Shown here piece by piece: positions 38,001-46,447 of a DNA stretch of 64,000 nt. The translations under genes and the position numbers were made by a program. How positions within the stretch are numbered: the first letter of the stretch is position 1; each line of letters begins with the position of its first letter. The notes below the pieces were generated by a model that ran no database searches, had not been told where the DNA came from, and worked only from the letters and a program-made list of their open reading frames with translations. Location of the stretch: positions 2,279 to 66,278 of the forward strand of contig JAWKYA010000007.1 of assembly GCA_041396725.1 (NCBI GenBank). Direction: 5' to 3'. Source of the DNA: Alphaproteobacteria bacterium (GTDB taxonomy: Bacteria; Pseudomonadota; Alphaproteobacteria; JAWKYA01).

Positions 38001-39136
38001 CGAGAGCGCTCTTCTTTTCCTCCATCTATCCCATGCGGGCTTTGGGTTTGGGAGCGGCAGTATGGGTGCTTGCCGCGACCGCAGCGCCGGCACAGCAACA
38101 ATCCCCTGGTTTTGTGAACCAACAAAGCGATGCTCCGATAGAAATTGAAGCCGATCAAGGAATCGAATGGCAGCAGGATACCAAGCAATATATCGCCCGC
38201 GGGAATGTGCAAGCCAAGCAAGGTGATATGACGTTGTTTGCGGATCAGGTGGTCGCACAGTATCGCGAAGCTAAGACCGAAGGCACAGAGATTTATCGCC
38301 TCGAGGCGACCGGCAATGTTCAGATCGCCTCCCCTAATCAAAACGCATGGGCTGATCATGGTGTCTATGATGTGGATCGTGGTGTTATGACCCTTACGGG
38401 CGAAGTTCGCTTAGGATCACCCGAGGATAATGCCTATGCTTATGGCGATAAAGGCGAGTACGATACCAAACAGGGTGTCTTGGTTTTGACGGGCCATAAT
38501 CTTCGCTTCTCATCGCCCAATGTCGATATCGCTGCTAAACAAAGCCTCGAATATTGGGAGAAGAAACGCATTGCAGTGGCGCGAGGTGGGGCAGTTGCCA
38601 CGCAAAACGATCGCAAGCTCACAGCAGATATCATGCAAGCCTATATATCGGAAGCGCCGCCGCCCGAGACAAAACCATCGTCATCACCCCCATCATCGAC
38701 AGCCACTCCCGATAAAGCGCCCATTGCGCGTGGTGCGAAATCCCCAACCAAACCCCCGGCGCCCGGAGGCAAGCCTTCGGGGGCAACGCCAGGGGGCGGT
38801 ATCGATCGTATCCAGGCTTGGGGTGGGGTTGAGATTGTGACGCCGCGCGAAATCGCCCGAGCCGAGCGCGGAGATTACAATGTTGTTGCCGGCGTGGCAC
38901 ATTTGGAAAAAAATGTCCGTATCACTCAGGGGCAGAACACATTGAATGGTGAGTCGGCGGAGGTTAACTTGAATACCAGCATTCACCGGATCGTTTCAGG
39001 TACCGGTGGTGATGCGCCGCGGGTTCGTGCCATTATTTCACCTCAAAAATCGCAACCAACACAACCACAAACAATAACACCGCAAGCGCCGAAACCTCAG
39101 GCGGCGCCATCTATCCCTGCAACAAAACCGAAATAG
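37997..39136 (+). CDS. lptA: LptA/OstA-family periplasmic LPS transport protein with Pro-rich insertion and tail
   Basis: Signal peptide; OstA-like repeats (IEIEADQGIEWQQDTKQYIARGNVQAKQGDMTLFAD..., GVMTLTGEVRL, GVLVLTG). Pro/Ser-rich stretch at about 38640-38800. ATGA overlap with lptC. Confidence 0.75.
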   Translation: MTRALFFSSIYPMRALGLGAAVWVLAATAAPAQQQSPGFVNQQSDAPIEIEADQGIEWQQDTKQYIARGNVQAKQGDMTLFADQVVAQYREAKTEGTEIYRLEATGNVQIASPNQNAWADHGVYDVDRGVMTLTGEVRLGSPEDNAYAYGDKGEYDTKQGVLVLTGHNLRFSSPNVDIAAKQSLEYWEKKRIAVARGGAVATQNDRKLTADIMQAYISEAPPPETKPSSSPPSSTATPDKAPIARGAKSPTKPPAPGGKPSGATPGGGIDRIQAWGGVEIVTPREIARAERGDYNVVAGVAHLEKNVRITQGQNTLNGESAEVNLNTSIHRIVSGTGGDAPRVRAIISPQKSQPTQPQTITPQAPKPQAAPSIPATKPK

Positions 39137-39140
39137 CGCT

Positions 39141-40670
39141 ATGGCCGGACCCGAAGATCCTTTCGAGCAGTTACGCCGCACCGCACGGCGCGCTGGGCCG
39201 CGGGATAGGGCCGCGGGTGAGGTGGGCTCCGAAGCCGCGACGGTCGATCCGCGAAGTGCGCTGCGTCCGGCGCGTCCGCGCAACGAGAGTGTGGCGCCCA
39301 TAGTAAGACAAAGCCAGCCCTCTGACTCCCCGTTATCTCAGACACCGATAGAGTCGCCGCCTTCTCAACAAACCCGGCCACAACCTAAACCGAGTGGGCC
39401 GACGGTCCGTTTAACGTCGTCGCCACGATCGATGGAATCCGCGCTTCCCTCCAAGACGCCAGCGTCATCACCGCCCCCCCAGGGTTCCGCGAAGCCAGCG
39501 GTGCGCCCATTTGCGGTGCGGGTTGCGATGCCTGGACAGCCGTCGGCATCCCAACCAGAGCAAAATCTCAAGACCGCGCCGCCGTCCTCAGGGATAACTT
39601 CGGTCAAGTCATCACCAGAAGAAATGACTTCTAGGGAAATGCCGGCTGCGCTGCCTCGTGCAGATATGACAGATATATCGGCTGAAGCTCCTCCTCCAGC
39701 GGCACCTCGGAACGCTTCGCTGTCTGCTCCCTCTTTTTCCAAAGTCAAGGCGACGCCAGCTCCGGGGCAGCCAAAATCGTCGGCTTCCCCTGTGCAATCC
39801 TCTTTGCGGAGGGCACATTCCCCCAATCCCGATCCCATGCGCAGCGAGAAACCGCCACCCCGCGTTTTGCGATTTGATCGTGACGAGGAAAGCGAGATTG
39901 CTCCTCCGCCATCAACCCCAGCGAAGGGTCCACGGCTGGTAGCGGATAATCAAGGCTTGGTCGTCAAGAATCTGGGTAAGCGCTATAAAAAGCGTCCCGT
40001 GGTCCGTGATATTAGTTTGATGGTTCAACGCGGCGAGGCCGTTGGTCTCTTGGGTCCCAATGGTGCAGGTAAGACCACCTGCTTTCATATGGTCGTTGGA
40101 TTAGTGACACCTGACTATGGAACGATTGCGCTGGATGGCACAGATATCTCCGATCTGCCCATGTATCGGCGCTCACGCCTAGGGATTGGGTATCTTCCCC
40201 AAGAGGCCTCGATCTTTCGCGGTTTAAGTGTTGAACAAAATATCAGTGCGGTCTTAGAGGCGGTTGAGCCTAACCGTGAGCGCCGCGATGCTTATCTTGA
40301 AGCGCTGCTGGCTGAGTTTAATATCTCGCATCTCCGGCATACGCCAGCTTTGGCGCTTTCAGGTGGCGAGCGGCGCCGGGTTGAAATCGCCCGCGCCTTG
40401 GCTTCCCAACCCAGCTTTATCCTGCTTGATGAGCCTTTGGCGGGAATCGATCCCATCGCTGTTCGCGATATCCGGGATTTGGTCTCCCATTTAAAAGATC
40501 GTGGTCTTGGGGTCTTGATTACGGACCATAATGTTCGTGAAACCTTAGATATCGTTGATCGCGCCTATATCCTTCACGATGGTAAGGTTCTCATGGAAGG
40601 AGCGCCGCGCGATATCGTCAATGACCAAGACGTTCGCCGTGTTTACCTTGGCGAAAAATTCAGCCTCTAG
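39141..40670 (+). CDS. lptB: LPS export ABC transporter ATPase LptB with long low-complexity N-terminal extension
   Basis: The C-terminal roughly 240 aa are a canonical ABC ATPase (GLLGPNGAGKTT Walker A, LSGGERRRVEIARAL signature, ILLDEPLAGIDP Walker B, ITDHNV). The reading frame is open back to ATG 39141, 4 nt after the lptA stop, with no stop over about 800 nt. Confidence 0.85.
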   Translation: MAGPEDPFEQLRRTARRAGPRDRAAGEVGSEAATVDPRSALRPARPRNESVAPIVRQSQPSDSPLSQTPIESPPSQQTRPQPKPSGPTVRLTSSPRSMESALPSKTPASSPPPQGSAKPAVRPFAVRVAMPGQPSASQPEQNLKTAPPSSGITSVKSSPEEMTSREMPAALPRADMTDISAEAPPPAAPRNASLSAPSFSKVKATPAPGQPKSSASPVQSSLRRAHSPNPDPMRSEKPPPRVLRFDRDEESEIAPPPSTPAKGPRLVADNQGLVVKNLGKRYKKRPVVRDISLMVQRGEAVGLLGPNGAGKTTCFHMVVGLVTPDYGTIALDGTDISDLPMYRRSRLGIGYLPQEASIFRGLSVEQNISAVLEAVEPNRERRDAYLEALLAEFNISHLRHTPALALSGGERRRVEIARALASQPSFILLDEPLAGIDPIAVRDIRDLVSHLKDRGLGVLITDHNVRETLDIVDRAYILHDGKVLMEGAPRDIVNDQDVRRVYLGEKFSL

Positions 40671-40682
40671 AGGCCGCAGCCG

Positions 40683-42071
40683 ATGATCAGAACACAACGC
40701 CTTGATCTTCGGCCCCACCTCACACAATCCCTTACGGCGCAACAACATCAAACCATTAAACTCTTGCAGTTCTCTCGACCAGAACTTGCGGCCTATATAA
40801 GAGATGCGAGCGAGCAGAACCCTTTTTTGGTCGATGGGAATGAGACATCTGAAGAAACGAAAGAACGTGTCTCGCAGTCGGTATTTTATGGTGGATCGTC
40901 GGCGGGACGGGGTAGCGGCGAAAGTATATCTTCCCTCGAACAATCAACGGCACCTCTATCTTTGTGCGATCTTATTCGCCAACAAATCGCTGTCGATCTT
41001 CGAGATGATGAGGATCGAATATTAGCCGCACACTTACTTGATGCTCTGGATGATGCCGGTTATCTGACCACAGGAATTGATGAAATTGCCTCACGTATTG
41101 GCTGCCCAGCGGCTCGTCTTGAAAAAACGCTCCGGCGACTTCAGCAGTTCGAGCCCGCAGGTATTTTTGCACGCGATCTTAAAGAGTGCCTCACCCTTCA
41201 ACTAATCGATCGCAATCGCCTCGATCCGCTTATAATAAAACTTCTTGATCGTCTGGATCTCGTAGCAGCTGGGAAGATCGCCGCATTGCAACGAATATGC
41301 GGGGTCGATTATGAAGAGATTCGAGCGATGATTGCAGAGCTTCGCACTTTAAACCCTAAGCCAGGTCATGCTTTTTTGTGTGATGCGACACAGCAAGTCA
41401 CCCCCGATCTTATTCTACAACCAGCCAAAGATGTCGATACCAACGGTGACTGGAGTGTCATTCTTTCCAATGAAGCTTTGCCAGGTGTTAAAATCGATCG
41501 ATCTGCGTACAGCCATCTACATCAATCTGTCAGGCAAGTGTCCGATCGAAAATATTTGGAAGGACGCTGGCAGGAAGCTCTATGGCTGATGCGTGCCTTA
41601 GCACAGCGGAACCAGACTCTTTTAAAGGTAGGTAACGCGATTGTCTGTTGGCAAACAGCGTTTTTTACCCATGGTCCGGGTCATTTAAAACCTCTGGGCC
41701 TTCGCGATATTGCTAAGGCTATCGGCGTTCATGAAAGTACGGTAAGCCGAACAACAACCAATAAGTACTTACTAGCCCCGGGAGGACTTTATGAGTTGAA
41801 GTATTTCTTCTCCCATAAAGTTACCGGAGCCGCCCTCCATACAGAAAAAGCTCTCTCATCGGCCAAAGCAATCCAGCATCGAATAAAAGTCTTAATCGAG
41901 CGTGAAGATGTGAATGACATCCTTTCGGATGATCAGATCGTTGCGGTTCTACGGATCGAAGGTGTGGATATCGCGCGGCGAACTGTTGCTAAGTATAGGG
42001 ATTCCTTGAAGATTCCCCCCTCGTCGCGACGCCGTCAACAGAAAGCCTTGTCAACAGCCCTACAAGGTTGA
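40683..42071 (+). CDS. rpoN: RNA polymerase sigma-54 factor
   Basis: Region I (LTAQQHQTIKLLQFSRPEL), HTH and RpoN box (ARRTVAKYRDSLKIP). Confidence 0.92.
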   Translation: MIRTQRLDLRPHLTQSLTAQQHQTIKLLQFSRPELAAYIRDASEQNPFLVDGNETSEETKERVSQSVFYGGSSAGRGSGESISSLEQSTAPLSLCDLIRQQIAVDLRDDEDRILAAHLLDALDDAGYLTTGIDEIASRIGCPAARLEKTLRRLQQFEPAGIFARDLKECLTLQLIDRNRLDPLIIKLLDRLDLVAAGKIAALQRICGVDYEEIRAMIAELRTLNPKPGHAFLCDATQQVTPDLILQPAKDVDTNGDWSVILSNEALPGVKIDRSAYSHLHQSVRQVSDRKYLEGRWQEALWLMRALAQRNQTLLKVGNAIVCWQTAFFTHGPGHLKPLGLRDIAKAIGVHESTVSRTTTNKYLLAPGGLYELKYFFSHKVTGAALHTEKALSSAKAIQHRIKVLIEREDVNDILSDDQIVAVLRIEGVDIARRTVAKYRDSLKIPPSSRRRQQKALSTALQG

Positions 42072-42187
42072 CACGATTAGGGGGGCTTATTAAGGTCGCC
42101 CCGCCCCTGTATACTAGGGTAAAGGGCCAGCTTTTTATCAAGGTGGTTTCAGGCCCGTAACTGCCTTCCGTTCCTTGTGGATTCTCG

Positions 42188-42796
42188 ATGCAACTTTCTA
42201 CCAAGGGTAAGCAGATCGACGTTGGTGACGCTCTTCGGGGCCATGTCGAAGATCAACTTCGGGCAACCGTTGCTAAGTATTTGCCACGCGCTATCGAAGG
42301 GCAGGTTACATTCTCGCGCGAAGCCAGCTTTATTCGCGCCGATATTTTACTGCATGTTTTGCGCGGGGTAACCCTGCAAGCGCATCATCAGGCCGCAGAT
42401 GCATATCCGGCCTTCGATGGAGCACTAGAAAAAATCGCCAAAAGGCTTCGCCGATACAAGCGGCGCTTAACTGACCATCACAATCGCGATCATGAAGAGG
42501 GCGAGCGTTCGGCAGCGCAGCTTTATATCTTGGCTGCGGAAAACGATGCCGATGGTAGAGATCATGCTGAGGACGGTCCAGACAATCCGGTTATTGTTGC
42601 GGAAATGGCGACCGAGATTTCCACTCTTACGGTTGGAGAGGCTGTTATGCGTCTCGATCTTGGGGATTTACCCGTGCTTTTGTTTCGTAACCGAGGACAT
42701 GGGCAAATCAACCTTGTCTATCGGCGTGAGGATGGCCATATCGGCTGGATCGATCCTACCGATAGCAAAAGGACTCCTACCAAGATTGCGCATTAA
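42188..42796 (+). CDS. hpf: ribosome hibernation promoting factor, long form
   Basis: N-terminal S30AE/YfiA-like domain, acidic linker, and C-terminal dimerisation domain (TLTVGEAVMRLDLGDLPVLLFRN). The rpoN-hpf-ptsN order is conserved. Confidence 0.9.
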   Translation: MQLSTKGKQIDVGDALRGHVEDQLRATVAKYLPRAIEGQVTFSREASFIRADILLHVLRGVTLQAHHQAADAYPAFDGALEKIAKRLRRYKRRLTDHHNRDHEEGERSAAQLYILAAENDADGRDHAEDGPDNPVIVAEMATEISTLTVGEAVMRLDLGDLPVLLFRNRGHGQINLVYRREDGHIGWIDPTDSKRTPTKIAH

Positions 42797-42852
42797 GCAG
42801 AGCTTAATCGGGTGCTCTACAGCAGGATGAGCGCCGACACTCAGATCAGGAG

Positions 42853-43329
42853 ATGCTTAGGATTATGAATATCGACGATCTGTTGCAGCCAGAACGCGTT
42901 ATTGCCAGTCTGAAGGCGGCCAGTAAAAAACAGGTCCTGCAAGATATGGCGCGCCGCGCGGCGGAGTTAAGCGGCTTGCATGAGCGAACAGTTTTCGAAG
43001 CGTTGCTGGAACGTGAGCGTTTAGGAACCACAGGTATCGGTAATGGTATCGCTATCCCTCATGCCCGTTTTACCGATATCGATCGACTCTACGGTGTCTT
43101 CGCGCGCCTGGAAAGGCCTGTCGATTTCGAAGCTGTCGACGATCAGCCTGTCGATCTTGTGTTTCTTTTACTTGCCCCCGAAAGTGCTGGCGCCGATCAT
43201 CTCAAGGCTCTTGCGCGGGTATCCCGCTTGCTTCGTGACAAAATCGTTTGCGATAAGCTCCGTGGTTCAGATAACCGCGATGCCATTTATGCCTTGCTGA
43301 CAGAACCTCTAACGAGCCATGCTGCGTAG
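42853..43329 (+). CDS. ptsN: PTS IIA-like nitrogen regulatory protein
   Basis: GTTGIGNGIAIPHARF (phosphorylatable His) and LVFLLLAPE. Alternative start at 42865. Confidence 0.9.
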   Translation: MLRIMNIDDLLQPERVIASLKAASKKQVLQDMARRAAELSGLHERTVFEALLERERLGTTGIGNGIAIPHARFTDIDRLYGVFARLERPVDFEAVDDQPVDLVFLLLAPESAGADHLKALARVSRLLRDKIVCDKLRGSDNRDAIYALLTEPLTSHAA

Positions 43330-43353
43330 CGCCGTTTATGTACGGCGTGACGA

Positions 43354-43569
43354 TTAATGCAAGCTAATCGGCTCGAGATCGTTTTGTCGGATGGCGGCGA
43401 CCGCGAGTTCGTGACTCGGAGCGATCCCAAGCTGCGTCCCATCTGCAGCATGGATGATCCAAACCACAGTCCCATCCGTTGCGACACGGCGAACATAAGC
43501 CAAGCCTGGCATTCCTAAGGCTGCAAAGTCTTTAGGATTCATGCTGCGGAGTTGCGCCAAGGTCATCAT
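43354..43569 (-). CDS. DUF1150 family protein
   Basis: MMTLAQLRSM...LAYVRRV...IHAADGTQLGIAPSHELAVAAIRQNDLEPISLH matches the family pattern recalled from memory. aggaga SD before the Met at 43569. The listed longer ORF runs into the repeat array. Confidence 0.7.
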   Translation of the reverse strand: MMTLAQLRSMNPKDFAALGMPGLAYVRRVATDGTVVWIIHAADGTQLGIAPSHELAVAAIRQNDLEPISLH

Positions 43570-43654
43570 GTGATGTCTCCTAATAGCTGCATAGCTAAGT
43601 TTGACCGCCGATTTGACAAACTGCACGTTATCCTTTCTGCACAATGCGGGTTTT

Positions 43655-43765
43655 TCATGGCCTATTTTCTTCTTTTCTTCGTGGCCTATTTTCAATGGCC
43701 TTATGTAATTTATGTAATTAACGCCATGTAATTTATGTAATTAACGCCTCATGTAATTAACGTAC
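43655..43765. repeat. compound tandem repeats upstream of the DUF1150 gene
   Basis: tggcctatttt at 43658 and 43682. The 23-bp unit atgtaatttatgtaattaacgcc occurs twice (43703-43725, 43726-43748), plus a partial third. The octamer ATGTAATT occurs 5 times. Confidence 0.85.
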
Positions 43766-44072
43766 GAACAGCCGGTTGTATTGCAATGGGGTAGCTTTCA
43801 TTTCTTGGTGATACTGTCGCTGCGCTAAAACCAAGGCCTTATTTGCCACAAATCATCGATCGGTTGTTTTTGGCTCTTATGAGAACGTCCCGATAGAATC
43901 TAGTACTGCGCGGGCTATGTACAAAGAGTATTGCCATTTACGCAAAGAGATATGGCGTGGCTTCGCACCCTTTTCAAGGGTACGGCTACAATAAGAGTAT
44001 ACAAGAAATAAACAGGAGAAAAGCGCTTGAAGTATAGAAATATCAGAGATGGAAAAGGGTGAGAGTCCGTGT

Positions 44073-45047
44073 TTAGTCCGACTTGTGGCGCCGCGCTTCA
44101 CGGTGAAATACATAAAGTCCGCTAACGACAATAATGGCAGCACCGATAAAGGTGTATCGATCTGGAATATGCCCCCAGAGGATAAACCCGTAAAAGGTGG
44201 ACCATAGAAGATTCAGATAAGAAAAAGGCGCCAACAAACTAGCCGGTGCCAAAGATAGGGCCCGAATGAAAAGTAAATGGCCTAAGCCACCGCACAAACC
44301 CAAACCGACCAGCATCATCCATTGCCAGGGTGTTGGCTGTACCCAAATAAACGGCGCTAGTAGGCTGGTACAAACAGATCCAATAAGCGCCGTATAAAAG
44401 AGCGAGACAACCGCACTATCGTAATGGCGGACCATGCGGGTTAGAATCTGATAGATCGCATAGGCCATGGCAAAGCCAACGACCAACAGAGCTGCGGAAT
44501 CAACGGCGCCTCTCCATGGTTGGAGAACGATCAGGACACCGATGAAGCCAAGACTAATGGCGCTCCAGCGCCGCCATCCCACCTGTTCCTTCAAAAGGGG
44601 GACGGAAAGAGCCGCGACAAAAAAGGGTGTCGCGAAACCAATAGCTGTAGCGGTCGGGAGAGGTATATGGGCGATGGCCAGAAAAAATAACGAGGTGCAC
44701 AGGGCAAGACATAGGCCACGTACAAACTGTAGCCCCGGGCGTCGCGTTACAATAATGCCTCGCCATCCTAAACGGGGAAACGCGAACAACATGAGCAACA
44801 GATGAAAGCTATAACGCGCCCACACAACTTGAGCGACGGGCAATTCTGCCGCCAGGTATTTCGCTCCTGCATCGAGAGTTACGAACAAAATGCCTGCCCC
44901 GAGAGCAAGAAGAATTCCTAGGGTGATGTTCTGTATAATAGGCAAGGGAGGTATCGGGACAGATGGTGATGCCGCTGCGCCGGCTATAGAAGAAGATGAC
45001 GCTATAGAAGTTGAAGCTGTGGGAGTCGAAGTGGGCGATAGGGGCAT
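44073..45047 (-). CDS. EamA/DMT-family transporter
   Basis: About 10 TM segments in two EamA-like halves, with a Ser/Ala/Pro-rich N-terminus. Confidence 0.8.
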   Translation of the reverse strand: MPLSPTSTPTASTSIASSSSIAGAAASPSVPIPPLPIIQNITLGILLALGAGILFVTLDAGAKYLAAELPVAQVVWARYSFHLLLMLFAFPRLGWRGIIVTRRPGLQFVRGLCLALCTSLFFLAIAHIPLPTATAIGFATPFFVAALSVPLLKEQVGWRRWSAISLGFIGVLIVLQPWRGAVDSAALLVVGFAMAYAIYQILTRMVRHYDSAVVSLFYTALIGSVCTSLLAPFIWVQPTPWQWMMLVGLGLCGGLGHLLFIRALSLAPASLLAPFSYLNLLWSTFYGFILWGHIPDRYTFIGAAIIVVSGLYVFHREARRHKSD

Positions 45048-45128
45048 AAAAAATCTTTCAAAGAGTGCTTCAAGCTAACCCATAGATCGCTCTTGCCCAA
45101 GTTGAGCAGGTATCTTTTTTTGCCGAAC

Positions 45129-45164
45129 GCCCATGCGATTTTCGCAATACCCATGCGATTTTCG
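45129..45164. repeat. direct repeat cccatgcgattttcg x2 (21-bp period)
   Basis: Read directly; intergenic. Confidence 0.8.
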
Positions 45165-45194
45165 GCGCCTAGAGCGAACGGCAGCTGTGGTGCA

Positions 45195-46358
45195 TCACGC
45201 ATCTAACAACGAGGCTGATCGGCGCGGCAGCGGTATCTTGCCGGCAACATGAACGATCGTATCGCCCATGCGAAGATATCGTTCGGCATTCCGGGTGAAG
45301 ACAAGTCCAGTGGCACGAGTCGTTACAGGCGTGCGTGCCTTTACAGAATCGGGAATGGCAGGATCGACGATCTCGGCGACGACATCGCCTGCCGTGACGC
45401 GATCGCCAAGTGCGACTTTATAGACAACTAACCCTGTCAGGGGTGCCGAAATCGTATCCATTGCTGCAAGATCGGTTGCCTCTATCTTGGGATCTGGTAA
45501 GCGACCAGGTGTCCCCACAACAATCCCGCGCCGCATGAGGAAATGGAGGATCTTCTCGGCATCTGCCAAAGCGAGAGGATCGCTGACATCGCCCCGGCCC
45601 CGGAACTCCAAGGTGGTGGAAAGACAGGCCTGAGGGATCGGCTTATCGGGGAATTGTTGGGCCAAGGTGAGCCACGGAGTGGTATGCGCTTCATCGAAAG
45701 GATCACCGCCGGAGATTTCTGCCAAAAGAACGGTCTCCACTCCAAGCTCGGCACCAAGCTCGGCTAGGCCAGGCCATGCTGCAGGCGCAGTGTACATATG
45801 GAGCAGTGCTTCTGAATCGCAGTGCATATCGAGGACGATATCTGCATCGATGCTTAGGCGTATCAAAGAGAACTTAAGAGCTTCAGCTTCGTTCTTAGGC
45901 TTAAGCCCTATCGCAGCGCCTAAAAGAGCCGAGCGGATAACGGCGACATTCGCATGGGCATCTTGGCCGAGCTGAGGTGCAAGCTGATCGGCAATCATGA
46001 GGCCGAAGTGTGGCCAGTTCCGATTGAAGTTACCGCTCCCATCGAGATCGAAGCGGCCGCTGTGTCGCCCATTTACAAATTGCCCTAAGCCGATGGGATT
46101 TGCCGTGGGGATGAGAATAATTTCGCCGCGAATGGCATCGCGTTCATCTGCCTTATCCAGCAAGCCCATCAGGTGATGGGCGACCAACATAGGTGGGTAC
46201 TCATCTGCGTGAAGCCCTGCTTGAATGTAAACCTTCGGCCGCGCCCCTGCTCGGCCATAGCGGTGGACTGTTACTGCCCGGTGGGTTCCGGGGGAAGCAT
46301 CGGGAAGATTAAGAAAGGAAATGGATTTGGTCATCAGGGGGTTACCTCGGTCATTCAA
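45195..46358 (-). CDS. succinylglutamate desuccinylase/aspartoacylase-family zinc hydrolase
   Basis: YIQAGLHADEYPP (His/Glu zinc ligands), DMHCD, and a C-terminal barrel-sandwich-like domain. Confidence 0.75.
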   Translation of the reverse strand: MNDRGNPLMTKSISFLNLPDASPGTHRAVTVHRYGRAGARPKVYIQAGLHADEYPPMLVAHHLMGLLDKADERDAIRGEIILIPTANPIGLGQFVNGRHSGRFDLDGSGNFNRNWPHFGLMIADQLAPQLGQDAHANVAVIRSALLGAAIGLKPKNEAEALKFSLIRLSIDADIVLDMHCDSEALLHMYTAPAAWPGLAELGAELGVETVLLAEISGGDPFDEAHTTPWLTLAQQFPDKPIPQACLSTTLEFRGRGDVSDPLALADAEKILHFLMRRGIVVGTPGRLPDPKIEATDLAAMDTISAPLTGLVVYKVALGDRVTAGDVVAEIVDPAIPDSVKARTPVTTRATGLVFTRNAERYLRMGDTIVHVAGKIPLPRRSASLLDA

Positions 46359-46447
46359 GAGACTATCTCGATAGATGAGAAGAGGCTTGGCGTACAGCCA
46401 AGCGTGCTATACTGCACGAACACATCACTTAAGCCACAGAATTCCTG

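Noticed and set aside
43877-44143. 88-aa ORF downstream of, and overlapping, the EamA gene end.
   Set aside because: It has no motifs and an odd composition, and it overlaps the transporter stop region. It is probably non-coding, although the roughly 300-bp gap at 43770-44072 remains unexplained.
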